A DNA stretch of 64,000 nucleotides. Source: Psammoneis japonica (taxonomy: Eukaryota). The stretch spans positions 124,001 through 188,000 of the forward strand of contig QPGO01000130.1 of assembly GCA_008632985.1 (NCBI GenBank), given 5' to 3'. The notes beneath the pieces were generated by a model that was not told the origin of the DNA, made no database searches, and was given only the letters and a program-made list of their open reading frames with translations. A program made the position numbers and the translations under genes. Shown piece by piece: positions 11,885 to 26,899 of this stretch. Positions within the stretch are counted from its first letter, which is position 1; the number at the start of each line of letters is the position of its first letter.

Positions 11885-13086
11885 TTAAGCAGAATCTACT
11901 TGAGGTCCTTTGCGAGGGGACTGCAAGGGAGAGCCATGATGAGACTCGGCAGACTCATCGATTCCTTCAAGCTGCACGTCGAGCATTTCAATGACTTTCA
12001 ACAAGGGCGGATTCCCTCCAAATGCTTCCACTTGCAACACAATTTCCTCCTTGAGACTCTTGCACTTTTCCCTCGTGTACCGTAGACTGCCCGATTCCTT
12101 CATTAATCCCTGAGCATACCGCTTCACATCAACATCTTCGGTTCGTTGCTTGAGAATGGACAAGAGCCTCGTATCGTCTGGATCCTGTCGTATGCAATGA
12201 ATGATTGGAAAGGAAAATTTTCCTTCGGTCAATCTTCGCAAAAACTTTTGGATTTCATGTATTCTTCGTCCGCCAGATTGATAAAATCATCACGAATCTG
12301 AAAGTACATTGCCAAATTGTTGACCAGAGACGTAAAGTCTTGGTCCTTTCGCGTTGTAGCAAAGCACTGCATGAGGCCAACCGCGAGTCGAAACAGTCCT
12401 CCCGTCTTGTCCTTGACCATGTTGCAGTACTCTTCTTCGGTTGGACAGTGTATATTGTCTCTCCACTAAAAATAAGTTAGACAGAGCATTGAGAGAACAA
12501 AGCACAAATTTCACGAACAAAAAATTCAAACAGCAATTGCTGTCTCATCACGCTTACCGAAATATCATATCCTTGACCTCTATGTAAGTTCAGAAGCTCC
12601 CCAACAAATACCTGTACAATAAAAACACAAGGACAAAAAGTCATGAGGTCAATTCTTCTCGAGATAAACACTATTTCTCCCGCTTTCCAAGAATAGCACG
12701 ACTCAACTCACCTGCATGGCCTCGGCGTTTCCCAGTGCTTGGCATTTTTCCAAGGCGATAAAGTAAACATAATTGGCACAATTAATCACGGCAGGCACTC
12801 CAAAGATCGAATGAGCGACTGGAACGCCGCGTCGAAGCTTGGAATTGTCTTCAATATCATCAATCAAAAGCGAAGCATTGTGAAGATCGCCAATGATTTC
12901 CTTGATTTCCACCAAAACATCGTCGGGCGCATTCAACCACAACTGAAAGCAATCGACGAGCTTGCTACGAACGTTCTTTCCTGGTACAGTGTTGATGTAA
13001 CGGTATGCTTCCAAGAGCGACGGGTCTTTTTGGTGGCGGGGTGGAGAGGAAGACGACATGGTGGGCTTTTTGCTTTGACGACTCAT
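11885..13086 (-). CDS. GGPS1: Geranylgeranyl diphosphate synthase (GGPS1/BTS1-type trans-prenyltransferase), two introns
   Basis: PGKNVR, LHNASLLIDDIEDNSKLRRG, LHRGQG, KTGGLFRL, FQIRDD and CED(L)TEGKFSFP. One base is missing near 12231. Confidence 0.93.
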
Positions 13087-13593
13087 TCAGCTTCGACTTC
13101 ATTTCCATACAGTAGGGCCCTACACTTCCAGAATGACATTGGCTGGGCTGGGGTCTTGGATGCCTTGTAACGGGCTTCTGTAGAGGGGGGGGGGAGTTTT
13201 TCTCCAGAGGTCTCCCCAATCTGTCACGTACAGGCACGTAGTGGCAGTGTGCTGCGTCCATACGGGGAAGCCGGTTTTTTACCGAGATCGCCCCGTCGTG
13301 TCCAAAGGCCTCTATCATTCTCTCTTCCGATTTCATCGGTCTTTAGACCTCGTCTATTTCAATAACAGTAATTGCAATAATTCACGAGCTAAAATCAATG
13401 GATTATACTTTACCGAGTCGAATCATCGTAAAACTCCAAAATCTTCAAAAAAAAAAGCGCGAAGCCAGCCCCCAGCCCCAGCACGGCGACAAACCAAAAA
13501 CTGAACAGCAAGCGACGGCGCTGCTGCTATTCCTCTCTCCCTACTCCTCGTCACTATAAAACCAGCACAACTCCCCCCTCTCTCTCAATCACA

Positions 13594-16500
13594 ATGGTGA
13601 CACTCCGCAATCCCAAATCATTTAAAGCTGGCCCAAAGAAAGCGACGGCAGATTCTTCTTCTGACGATGCAGGCACACAGAATCTGGAACGCATCATGGA
13701 GTTGGCTCGGTACGAGATTCACCATGACGCGTACCGCGGCATGCTGGCAAACCCACGACGGCCGGGTCCGTGGAAAAAGTCTTGTATGCGGAACTTTTGT
13801 GTCGATGTCCAAGACGAGGACGATCGAATCGATGAGCTCGTGCTTCGTGCCTGCTCGTGCCGGTGTCCCTCGCTGCTCTCGTGGACGCGACAAGAAAAAG
13901 AGTTGCGGCAGCGTCAAGCCAATCGGCGGAGTAAAAAGAAGAAAAAGAATAATATGATACCAGAGGACAGTGGGCACTTGACTCTTGGAAAAAGAAGGGA
14001 AGGTTCAACATATCGTTGTGCGTGCGATTACAATCCCGTAAGTGTAGTGCTCGCTTAGCACGTGCCTTTATCGCCAGTGTTCCCCGATCTTATGTGTGAA
14101 TTGATTCTTTTTTGCATTTGTAGTTTTGCCTTGAATCCTTGGGTGGTGCCATGGACGATATTTTAGCCAAAGCTTCGGCGCAATTAGATGGCAGCTCCGA
14201 CACCATATCCTTGCATAATCAAGAAGAAGAGGCGGCGACGTCTAGCACCGAAAAAGTTGCTGCAATAGCAGAGGCAGACAAGAAACCGAAGGCGGTGCGT
14301 ATAGAAATTCTGGAAAGCGATAACGATGATGACAGCCGAAAGAGCGACGAGAATTCAACAAAGCCATCCAGCAGCAATGCTGCACGAAAACGCAAACCAG
14401 AATCAGAAGGACCCGATGTTGAGATTATTGATGTTGACAACTTGACCGCAGGAGAAGCTGTGGGCGACAAGGATTCGGTATACAGCAAGGGAACACGGGA
14501 ACAGCTCGCGCAGATTCGAAAGTCGCTCTGGGTCAAGGAGACCGAGATTCGAAGTTTTGTGGAAAATTACGTTTGGCGAACGCTTCAGAGCGACAATAGT
14601 CGCGCAGCTGTCTCGGTGGACGATTACATGGCGAGACTGCGACAGTGGCACGACAACCTTACCTTCAAGAATGCTTCTGTCAAGCCTAATGATTCCGATC
14701 CATCTTCTATGTTGCTTTCCATTCCACCCGGGATCAAGAATCTGGGTGCCACGTGCTATCTCAACAGTCAGCTTCAATGTTTGGCGCAAAACATTACCTT
14801 CTTGAACGGACTCTTGTCGTGGAAGAAACCTGATAGCGGAAACCAGCGAATGCATTATGTGCTATCCACCATGCAACTCTTGTTTGCAAGAATGGCTCAT
14901 GGAGCCGAAAGCGTAATCACTACGGCCGAGTTTTCGGAAGCTTTGGGATTGGAAACGGGTGAAATGCAGGATCCAAACGAGTTTGCGCGCTTGCTCTTTG
15001 AGCGCATGCATGAATCCTTTCAACAAAGTTCGCGGGAGACCAATGGAAATAAGGATGCTGATCACGACCTGGCGACATTGCTTCCGCGAATCTTTGAGGG
15101 GGTCACTACCTATGAAACCACGTGTTTGACATGTAAGCAATCCTCGGAACGACACGAGAGCTTTATGGATCTGAACCTCCCAATTGTAAAAAGCAAGACA
15201 GAGAAAACTCAATTGGTCAAAGGAATGCCCACTATAAAGGAGGCATTTGTAAAGGGCAAAGGGGCCGACAGCGACGTGCAAGCATGTCTTGACCACTACA
15301 CGTGTGCGGAAATGCTTGAGGGAGATAACCAGTACTGGTGCAACTCGTGTGAGAGCAAGCAGAATGCGCAGCGAGTAGTGACCTTTCGAGATCTTCCCCC
15401 AGTGCTTAACATTCAGCTGTCGCGCTACGTGTTTGATCGAAAGACATTATCCAAGAAAAAGCTATCCGACAAGGTTCTGCTTCCACGAGTTCTTCATGTT
15501 CCGCATCGACCCACCAACGCGCGAGGGTCAAACGAAGCCTCGGCAACTTGTGACAGTGATCGTTGCACCAGAAATTCGCGGAGTTATCTGTTGTGTGCAG
15601 TGATGAACCACCAGGGAAATTCTGCCTATCGCGGTCACTACGTTGCGGAAGCCATGGACTGGCACACTGGAACGTGGTATGAGTTCAACGATGATGCTGT
15701 GAAAATTCTGAGTGGCGGCCCTTCTTGTAGCTACGAACCTCCGTCTTCTTGTGGCTGTGTGGACGACGGTGAATTGGAGGCTGACACCTCTAGCAACAAG
15801 GGACAGACTACTCCAAAGGGAAGCTCGAATGCGTACAACCTGTACTACGTCGACCCAATGTATCTGGCACAACGTGCAAACGATAGCATGCTTCTATCTA
15901 ACAATGGTGTTGACAGCTCGGAGACACTGGGCGGTGTTTGTAAAACAGTGTATCTGGAACGGACGGAACGATATGGAGTGCTGTCATCGTGAGTGTGAAC
16001 AATTATTGTCGCGTATTTGCTTGTGTCATCTTTTTGTTCGTAATTGGGGTTGATACAGATAGCGACCATGTGTTTTGAACTCACTATGTCGATGGTGTGC
16101 TGACTTCCCCTTGTTTGTTGGCTAACTTCAGCATGTGCCGAGTTGATGAGATGTTAACTGAGCGCCTGCAGTGGAGGCGCCAGGGGATCGTTAAAGATAT
16201 GTTTCGAAACTGGAACAGTGAAGTCTCGGACCAGACGGAATCAGACGGAAGGGAGTTTAAGACCTCGTCAGGAACTGATGGTGAACAGAGATCGCCCGTA
16301 TGGGTCGACGGATCTACGTTGCGAAGCTTCTTATCGTGCATAGATGGGACTTGTGTGACATTTGACGGAAGCTCACACATGTTGCGTCATAGACATCTTC
16401 TTTGTGAGCATGCTAAGAAAGGACTCCATCCTCGGGTTGCTCGACGAGGCAAACTATTGCCCCGTGGAGTTTATGACGGATTCGTGTCGTTGTTATTGGA

Positions 16501-19298
16501 TGAGCAAGATCGACTAAGGAAAGATCAAGGAATCGATCAAGAAACAAGAGAGAGCGGGCGGCTTTTGGAGGACGTCAATGACTGTGTCATTACTCCAGAG
16601 TGCAACTTGTTTTGTAAGGAGTGCCAACATTCTTATCAGCGAGAGTTGGAGCAAAAGTTGATCGTTCTTGAGGATGTTATGTATGTTTACGAAAGCCTTC
16701 ATCCAAAGACCGTTACTATTCAGAATGATGATATGATCGACGCAATAGCGGAAGGCGACGCATACTTTGTTATCTCGAAGAAGTTTTGCACTTCGTTTCG
16801 TGCTCACGTTAAGAAAGAGATTATCAAGAAGGCAGAATCATTTACTGGAGCTCAAAATCTGACTTCCTTGCTACAGAGTGAAGATCATAATGGCTTGACC
16901 GAATCCGTCTGTGAAGGACTGGATGCCATTGACCTATTCCCTTTTCTATCTGATGTTTCTTTTCGTGTCCGCGAAAGCGAACTGGACTGCAAGGTGAATG
17001 GAAATATAACTTGTAAGTGGCCTTTTATTTATTTGCGCCTTCCAGGTTCCGTCCTTTTTTCTCAAATTTGTCTGTCATCCAACTTCTGCAGGTGATCACG
17101 GGGAATGCGACTGCGTGAACAACAAGAGCAGAGTACGATACGTCCCAGAGAATGTGTGGCGAGCAATTGCGCGGGTTTTTCCGAGAGCGTACTGCCATAG
17201 GGTGAAACCGCAAATCAATGTTACTGCCCTGAGTGGGTGCGATTACTGCCAGGGCGACAAAGATCGCAAGGAAGGTGCATTGACGCGGTTGCAATCTTGG
17301 GTAACGACCACACTTTCCAGTCAAGATGGTGTGTTGCGGAAGTTGTCCAAACTCAGAAAAAGTCAGGTTCGCGACGAAAGTTTGAAAACTTTGAATGATT
17401 CGGAGGATGCACTTCCGCGTTATCTCGTTCATCGCAACGACATTGAAATGTGGCAAAAGGGCGTGACTCTCGCTAAAAGTGGCAAACGAAATGGGGATCT
17501 GAAGGACAGAATTTGCAGTCTTTTGTTTTTGCCTGACTCTTTTGAAGAGAACGAATCAGATGGTGATCGATTGTGTTTCAATTTTCGCGAGCTTGGGTGC
17601 AGCATTCATCCGCTTCACACCGATTCAAAAATTTTCCGCAAGTCGATGTCTACTTCGGATGAGCTTCGACACTTTGACGGACTCGAGGGACACGTTGCAC
17701 TTCTTTCAAAAACGGAATACCAGGCTTTCGTGGAGTCGTTAGTCGACTTATGCAAGATTGTATTCGACGAGGACACTGATGTAATCGACAAATCGAAGTT
17801 TGGGACAAAGGAATTAGAGAAATTACTGCTAAAGAAACATCACGTGACGATGTATTTCGTTGACTCTGAGGAATCCAAAGCAGGTTCAATTGATGGTTTG
17901 TCGTCCCCCGAATCTTACAGAATATTAGTGAACGGGAAATATAAGATGTTTCAGTTGAGCCCAGATGCATGCGAATGCCCTGCGTCGTCCAACGAGAGCG
18001 ACGAGGACAAGGAAAATGAAATGACTGGTATGGATTCACGCGAGAAGAAGTCGGCCGCTGACAACCCAGTCGAAGTCCCAGAGAAAGATCCACTTGCCAT
18101 TAGTCTTCGTGTAGTCGAGCTTGAGTCGGGCACCTCATTGGAAGCAGGAGTGTCCTTGCTGGTGTCGTGGCTTTCCAAGGCGTCAGAAGGAGCATCGAGT
18201 AGCTTGCGAAGATCTTCACGGAAGAGAAAGAAACCGCTACCCCCAGGTGTTGCTGAGGAAAGCGAAGTATCTTTGAGCGGAGACCATAATATTGCGTCAG
18301 CAAGGCTGCTTTTGTCCCAGCAATGTCCAGCTTTCCCTCTCGATCAAAATCTTTTGCTTGTCGTACCATCTAAAACAAAAAGTGGTAGAGGTCCAGAACC
18401 ACTTGCCACGGTTGAAGACGACTCAACCGGTGTCGACGAGCCATCCCCGCCACTCACCCTCGAGATACCCCATAAGTGGAATACTCGAACGATCAAAGAA
18501 ATATTTGAAATGGTGGGAAGGTCTCTCGATGTTTTCATTGAAAGCGAACCACAACCTTTTCTTGTGCGCTACTCAGATGATGAAGAGAAAAGGAACAGTC
18601 AGAAGGTGCAAGAGGCGCTAATGGATTCGCTTTTGGAAATGGCAAATTTTCCTGGTGAGGAACCTCGAGCTAGTATCGATTTGACAGGCGATGAAAAGAA
18701 ACCAAAGAAGTCGAGAACACAGGAACGAGGGTTCCAAGGAACGCTGCTGCACTCTGCCACACCCGAATGTTCGGAAGAGACAGCAAAAGAAACAAGTTCG
18801 GACGGTGTGGTGAACTCTGAGAAAACGAACAACAGCCAAGTCATTATAAACAAAGAGAAAGTGACGGAGACATTGGAGGGAGCATGTCCTATGCCGAACC
18901 CAGCTGCAATTGTCCTTGTCGACGAAGGGTCTGACTTGGAAGTTGAGTCTGATAATGCAGGCTCTCGAAATTGCCGTAATCAAGTCTCACGCAGCAGTGA
19001 ATCGAAAGTAGGCAACAGGGAGGCGGTGCTAACGCCACCTAAAGAATCAAGTCATACCAGAAAAGAATCTGCTACTCCTGCCAACCCATTGCCACGTAAA
19101 CCACAACGCAAAACAGAGGAAGATGTTTTAGCTGAGGAACTCCATATTTTGGTGTCACGGGATGGCAAGGTGTCACCCGAAGCCGGCTCAAACTGTCTTG
19201 ATGCGGTGCGCTGGGCAAGACGGGAAAACCCCTCCCAGTCAAAACGAGAAGTTCTTCTAGATGCAGCATACGCAAAGTATCTCGGGGATATGGCTTAA
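13594..19298 (+). CDS. Ubiquitin carboxyl-terminal hydrolase, peptidase C19 (USP48/UBP26-like)
   Basis: Cys box GIKNLGATCYLNSQLQ, QDPNEF, His box HQGNSAYRGHY and FNDD. N-terminal YNP|FCL motif. Introns about 14038-14123, 15989-16131 and 17013-17091. Confidence 0.92.
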
Positions 19299-22200
19299 AT
19301 GGTAAGCTAAGGAAGAAACAGTCTCGTAAATCTAGAGAATCTCAAAAGGATGTGCAGCGCATGCACTTATTTTACATAGCACTGCCCTTTCATTCCATCT
19401 TGCCTGTTCTCTTGTGTCCTGGAACTTCGATCTCAGTGCTTCTGCCGAGTCCAGTGTGCATGTGGCTCCTTCCTGCAAAATGCATGGGGAGGCGAGTGAG
19501 AGGAACGGATCTGGTGTGTCCTTTGTGCAGCAGTTCAGTTTCGCATGCAGTCTCGCGTGCTGTTGGTGTCGCGCGCACGTTCCCGCTTTGCAGTTTTGCT
19601 CTCGAGCCTCATCATGGCTCGCAAGAACAACAACGGTGCCGACCATCAACGACTTTCATTTGTCAGCACCTGCAATGGATCCTAACCCTTGAACTGCCTT
19701 GCCTTGCCTGCTGCTTAAGATGGCAGCAAGGTGCACTGTTTCTTTCCAGCGATCATGTCTCGTTGGGCTCACGGCGCGTTGATGAGAGGGTGCTTGCAGC
19801 CCTCTCTGCAAGACCCACAGAGTTCAAAGCCTTGAGTGCTTTTTCTCCCTGCTCTTGCTCCTTGGAGTAATTGGGAAACTGACACATGTGGCCTCTGCAA
19901 CAAGCATGTCATCCTTTGCCAAACCAACAAGGGGGCGGGGTGGCCCCAAAGCAAAACTATCAAGCAACATCCAAGTTCTTGAGCTTCCCAGGATTTGGAG
20001 CAATTCTGTGTGGCAAGTGCAACATGCTCTGCAATGAGATGTGATGGGACAATCACTTTGTCACTGGGTTGTTTCTTCAGTGCAGAGTGCAACAGCAGAG
20101 CTGCCACACATGCTGAAAGCCATGGCCTTGTTGCCCGCCAAACACCACGTTGCTTGGAAAGCACAACATGGAGTTGATTGAGCACTTTCACAAGGGTGCC
20201 CAAGACGACAAACAATGTGCAACACATGTGGTGAGATTTGCAAACATTGCATGTGTTTGTGAAAGATTGGCGTGGACATGAGAGCAATGTGGGCGGGCTG
20301 CTGCATCAAATCTTGGTGGGGGCACAAGCTTTGGGAGAGTGGCCTCAATGTCCTTGCAGTTGATGAATTGTGGCAACAGCTCCCTTTCCCCTCCACAATG
20401 AAGGGAAGACTCTGCAAATTCCTTGACAAAAAACAGCCAGAGTCCATCTGGTGCAGGTTGTTGATCCTTGCACAGCTTGTCTGACTGGCCCACTGCCAGG
20501 AAGCAGTTGCAAGCAATGTGAGGCGCTGCCAGCATCCCCTGCCATTGACAATGACAAGGTTTGAACAGGATTTTTGTAGTGCATGATTTGTCACATGCTG
20601 TGTTTGAGCTTTGCCAGTGACTTTTGTTGGTTTTTGCACTTTCAAAGGTTGCTCTGGCACACCTGTTGGCATTGACTTTACTTTGCTCACTCATGAAGAG
20701 CTCTGAGAGCATCATCTTGGTCCTGCATGGCATCACTTTCCAATGCCACCAGTTGCTCTGTCTTTGCCCCATGAGTCACATCACAATGCTGGTCACTTGA
20801 TCTGCACTCTGGTGGACCCATCCCATGTCATTGGCCTGGCCATCTGTGCCCCAACAGGAGGCCCATCTCCACCATGCTGTTGGCCGCTGTGTCCTCGCAC
20901 CCTCCACTGAAAATGGTGACAAACTCTTTGAGAATGGCCGCCATGCCTCCTGCTGCATTGATGTTCCCTCTCAAGGACTGTGACAGCCTTGTCCAGGTGC
21001 ACATCTTCCAAGGCATGGATGTGCAACCCACCCCTTGTGTTGCACTCTCAAGCCTCTGTCTGACCAACTTGTTTGGGGCATGCTGCCCAAGTCTTCGAAG
21101 GCTGTCATTCTTCTTGAGCCCAAAAGCCCCCAGCTGCTGGCTTCACTGGTCAGCCTCTGTCACCCTCCATGACCTCTGTCTGGGGGGTGATGGCAATGTC
21201 ACAGGTCCCAACACTCCACTTTGGTTCCTGGACCTCCTGTGGCTGACCTTGCTGCTCCCGCACCAACACTCTGGCATGACAACTTGCATCTCACACCTCC
21301 TGAGATGGGGGGTCTCCTTTGCCCACTGTCAAATCCTGCCATGGCATGCATTGTTCACTTTGCCAGAGGAGAGATCAAGATGTCCAAGCAGCTTCATCAT
21401 GTTGAGTCACATGAAGGTCAATCAAAGACTTGTGATCCAAGTTGGGAAGACTGAGCTGTGGTGTCAAGAATGGGGAGATCACAGCCAAGCTGTGCTCCTT
21501 GCTGCAAGCACATCTTTGGCAATCTCTGGGGAGATGCAGCAGACCTTGCAATGGAGTTGATGGAAAAGTGCTCCATGGCCCACCTTTTCAACAAGTTCCC
21601 AGTTTGTTGTTCTGTCAAGATTGCCACCTGTGCTTCCAAGTCTGTTCCTGTCAGTGCTCCAAGTTGTCAGCATGATGTCACCTTTTGTGCAAGCACTGCT
21701 CTGCCCTTTCATCCCATCATCTCTGCTCTTTTGTGCCCTGGAACTTCTGACTCAAGTGCTTTTGCTGAGTCTGATGTTGGTCTGTTCCTGTTGCTCCCTC
21801 TCAAAGGCAATGAGGAGGGGCAGAATTTGAGCAGGATCCAGTTGTTCTCAATTTGTTGCATTCTGCATTCACTTTGTTGCACACAGGTTTGTTGCACACA
21901 GGCATTTGTGCTCTTGGCTCCATGCATTGTTGTGTGATTGTGATGCAGTTTTGCTCTTGAGCCACAAAGCTCACAAAAACAATGACAGCAACACCAATTT
22001 TATGATGCCCGTCTTTTGGCTCCTGCAATGGCCTGCCTCTGCATGGAGACTCCAAGAAGTCATTGACATTTTTTTCATCAGAGAAATTGCAACTTGGCCT
22101 CAATGTTCCTCCAATGCAGCAGCATGCTGGAGGAGGAGCAAAGACACTTGGCCACATGAGGGAGGTTGCACATCTTCCACAGCAGCAAGGCATCAGCCAG

Positions 22201-25200
22201 CCCCTCATCCACCATGCCAACTGTGACAAGGAGAGTGGTGCCAAACCACTGTAGTGTGGCAACAAGTGAGGAATGAAAATGCCATGTCCCTGCCACATCC
22301 ACAGGAAACTTGCCATTTCACAAGCACTCCACTGACCTGCAAGTGTTGCAGTGGTTTCACAAACACTTTTTCTGGAGACATGCAAGCTGACTCATTGAAG
22401 TTGATGCTTGGTTGTTTTCCTTGTTGAGCGTGTGTGCAGAGGGGTGAAAAACATGTTGAGCAGTCTTGAGAATGCTGCTGGGAGATGTTCCAAGATCCAT
22501 GCTGATCACCATTCATTGTTGCAGTGGCAAGCGGGTGGTTGTTTCTATCTTGCTGGTGACAGAGCATGGCTTCTTGCATGCTGGTGGGGGCAAAGAAGCA
22601 GGCTGTGCTGTAGCAGTCATTGTCTGTGACAGAGCTGGATGTTCCGTTGACCACACCATGCCTGTCAGTGCCCTGACAATGAGCCCAACCCACGGTGGGG
22701 GTGGGAGAAAGTGCAAATGTGAAGGACACAACCCCAATGTGTTGGTTTGTTGGGCACCAGGTGTCAACAACTCAGATTTTTGCAGAGCATGGAATGGCTT
22801 TTTTGTTGACAAACAAAGGAAGCTTAAAGCAGAGAAGTCCCATTCTCAAAGTTCTTAAAAGCTGGCCAAATGGGTTGGTGATGCAACAAGTGGTAAAAGG
22901 GAGCCTTCAGTTGTCTCAAATTGCTCCCAATCACTCTGAAAGTTCTGTTTGAACTCTTTTCTCACATCATCTCAAACCCCCTTCATGCCAAGGATTGAAC
23001 ATTTTCTGTCATGTTCCTTGTGGCTCCAAATCAATCACATGTTGCTCTTTGCTCATTCCTCACCAACACAACATTTTGTCACAGCCATCCCCATTGGACT
23101 GTTGAAGCATGCACAAACCACACATTGGATCAACCATTTCTGACATTTTCTCCAATTCTGTCACATCTGTGGTGTTGCCACAGACCACCCACTTTTTGGC
23201 AAGTGCGTGGGGAGCCAGCACTTCTTGCGGGCCTTGTTCTCCAGTGCACAGATCTGTCAGTGGTTGCTTCTGGACCATTTCCCCCCTCCTTTTGTCATTT
23301 GACATTTGTGGCATGCTGTCTGTCAACAAAGTGCTTCAGCACACACTGATTGCCATTCCTTCTGATTGCACAACACACACAACCATGATGCTTGTGACCC
23401 AGTTCCTCTGCACATGCAGAAATTGAGGGGTCATGCTTCTTGAGCCATTGACAGCCACCCAAAGCATCATTTTTCTTCACAACATGGAGAAAATCACATT
23501 TGTGAGCAGGTCCACCATGACACATTGTTCTTGTTGTGCTTGCAGTGTGGAGACAGCAGGGCACAATCAGCTGGCATCCATGGCACATTGTCCTTGTTTT
23601 GCTTGGAGCCTGGGGAGAGCAGGGCAGATGGGGTTGATGCAAGGTTCACTTGATTGGTGGTGCTGTTCCTGCAAGCACTGCAATGCTCTCTCACACACTC
23701 TTTAAAATCTTTTCAAAAGCACTCAGTGTTTTCCTTGATGTTGATTTTGTGGACATGGAGTCAGACAACAGTCTTTGTCTTGGGGTTGTGAAACAGGGTG
23801 ATTGGCAGATCTGTGCCCTGAGTGCTTGCAGTTGGCATGCATGCCAGGCAGGGCCAATGGCAGCAACTGCAGATGGAGCATGCTGCTCAGATGAAGCCCT
23901 GCTTGGTGGTGCAAGTGCTCTTCAATGCCTCTTGAAGAAAAGGCATGTCTGTCCAGCGCAGTTCAACAACATGTGGTCTGGCCATGCTTGTGAAGCCATT
24001 GAGCTCCATTCTGTTGTAGACTTGGTCATCAAGGTTGTTCACAAAGGTGCACTCTCTGCAGCACAGAAAGACAGTCAGAGAATGCTGCAATGACAACATT
24101 GCAGTTGTCATGATGCCAGATGACTGCAAATGACATGATGGTGCCATGCAGATGAGTGGCAGCATGGGCACACTTTGGCAAGAGCCTTGCGCAGATCATC
24201 TAGAAAGTTTGGGGCAACAGCCTTGAATGCTGGGTTCAGAATGAATTTGCAGCCAGTGTTCACAATGAGCCCATCAATCTGAGCACCTTTGAAGGTGGTC
24301 AGCAAAATGGCTTCTGCAGGGTTGGTGAAATCCATGCTCTGCAGGTCAAATGGTCAGATGACAGCATCAGCACAATCTGTTGTGCAAATGAGTTGTCATG
24401 ATCTTCCACAGTGAAATCCTCAACACAATTGCTTGGTGCTTCAAAAGTGCATGCATTGACTGGATTGTCAGAAATGTCATTTTTTCTGTCCCAAACTGCA
24501 GAAATTCCGTGCACTTGATGCACGATGCTGGACTTGTGGTGGTCATGAACAAGACAGACATCAATGGCTGAACGTGCACATTCACATCACATTTTATGTG
24601 TTCATGTGTGTGTGTTTGAGAGTGATGCACATGCTGATGATCATGGACAGAATTTCACGCCGGCCGGCTGGGACAGAAAAATGACAGGACAGAAAACTGG
24701 TTGGATGGGATGGAAAAATAAATGGGAGGGCTTGATTGTTGGCAGCACTGACAAATGGTTGATCAATCATGGGGAGGTGCATGAAGAATGAAATGGCAGG
24801 GTTGGTGACTGACTTGTCAAGACCAGATGAGCCAACGCTCCCTTTCATCTTGATGCACATCACTTCACTTTGGCAACTGCTGCCAACGGGTCCATCTTCA
24901 AAAGGTTCTTTGATGACACCAGCAGCTTGGTGAGTGCAGTTGTTGAGAACAGTGTGACAGATGTTGTGATGTGACATGATGACAAAATTGGAAGGGTCAG
25001 GCAGCAGTGACTTGCCTGCATGCTTGTGCTTTGCAACCGATGTGTCAACAAGGCCAGCAGAGTTGTTGCACAGCATGGCCAGGCAATCTGACTTGGTGAG
25101 GCTGCATGAGTTGGGTTTGGTGCTCTTGTTGAACTGGAAAGCCAGGCATTGCTCAGCATTGCCAGTGTCAGGAGAAATGGCTGGGCACATGAACACAAAG

Positions 25201-26899
25201 CTGTGTCCTTGAGCACACAACACATCAGCGTGCTTCTTTGGGATGAAGGTCTTGGACAGAGGGCCAGCCAGGCATTTGTTTGACTGGTGCAAGATCTTGG
25301 GATTCTTTTGACAGCAGATCCACCAAGTCTCCATGTTCAACATGTGATGCATTTGTGACAGAGAAGGCTGAAGAAACACTGAAAAGCTGAGCACATGGCA
25401 AAAGCAAGTCTGCTGCTGTGGTGAGATGAAACAGTGGTGAGAAGAAGCAACCAAGAGTGGTTGGCAAGTGTCAACAGTCAATGGTGTCGGGATGACAATG
25501 TGCACAATGAATGTGATGAGCTCTCCACTTTTGCAACTTCCAGCCAGCACCCCTCTCTCTTTGCATGACACTGGCCAGTGCTTCTGGCATTGCCCCTGAT
25601 TGGGGGTGGGATTTTGCACTCCACTCAAATGAGTCTAGCTGGTCCAGTCTTCCAGTGGATGAAATGAGTTTAGAGCAGTGCAAAAAACAAGAACAATCAA
25701 CTCTTGTCATCACTGTGGCCACATTTGAGCCATGTGACCAGAACAAAGTGACACAGAGAGCAACCTCACAATGTCCCTTCAATTGGTGGCTGGCAGAGAT
25801 GATGCCCCTCCTTTTTGTTCACAAATTCATCAGGTGTGACGTGAGCATGAACAACATGACACAAAGGGACCTTCACAGCACCCAACTTTTCCAACAACAA
25901 GTCCAAGAATGCATCCCCATGTGAGTCATGACCCCAAGGTTTGAACTTTGCCAAATTGCCAGCTGTTGCAGTTGTGCTGTCCCTTTTTTTCTTAACATGC
26001 TCAAACAGACTAGCAACTGCAAAGCACCTGCAGTTGCATCAGCAGCTGCCAACTCACAACCATGTTGCTGCCAATCATGAATTCACCATGCCTGCACTTG
26101 ACATTGGCACAAGCTGCCAAATGCTTGACCATCTCCATGTTGTCTGTGTAAGATTTCACAACTCTGGCATCCTCAAGCATTTAAAAGCCTTCATTCAAAG
26201 GAATGCAAGTGTGCCAAACTGCCAAACTCACACCACATGATCCCTGCAAAACACATGTCAACATCAGGTGGCTCAGCTGCTGTTTGTGCTGCAACAAGCT
26301 TGTGTTCCATTCATGCAAGGGCAGCAGCCAGCATGTGTCCTGCATGCTCCTGCACTGTTCCACATGGAAAGGATGCTGCAAGAACAGGGTTGCAAGCCAA
26401 CTCACACTGTGAGCTGATTGGACTCTGTGTGGACATGGTCAGATGCACCAGAGCTGTGCATCCATTTTCATGCAGAGAGAACAATCATTTGCACATGAAT
26501 GCATGTGCCAGAGGCTGCATGAGCCCATGCCACACATGACATTTTCAGTGTTTGCATTTCTGTCACCCACTGCCCATGACCTTGCTCTTGTGCTCTCTCG
26601 ACATCGTTCACTGGCATTTCATGGATGGGCCACTTTTCCCCAACCTTGCCATCACAGCATGTGTCTTGGCTCTGACAAAGCAAGCAAATCTGGCTGGACT
26701 CTTGCCTTCCAGCAGATAAAAAAGCCCAGAACAGTGCAAAGCACAACCAATGGTTGTTGTCATGATTGCCAAATCTGAGCTGTGGTCAGATCAGAGACAC
26801 GGAGAAAAACCTCATGACATCTCTTTGCATTGCTGGACACAGGACAGGCTGCCTCTAAATTGCAGTTCTGAAGCAAGGTGCAGTTTGTTTCTTTTGGCT

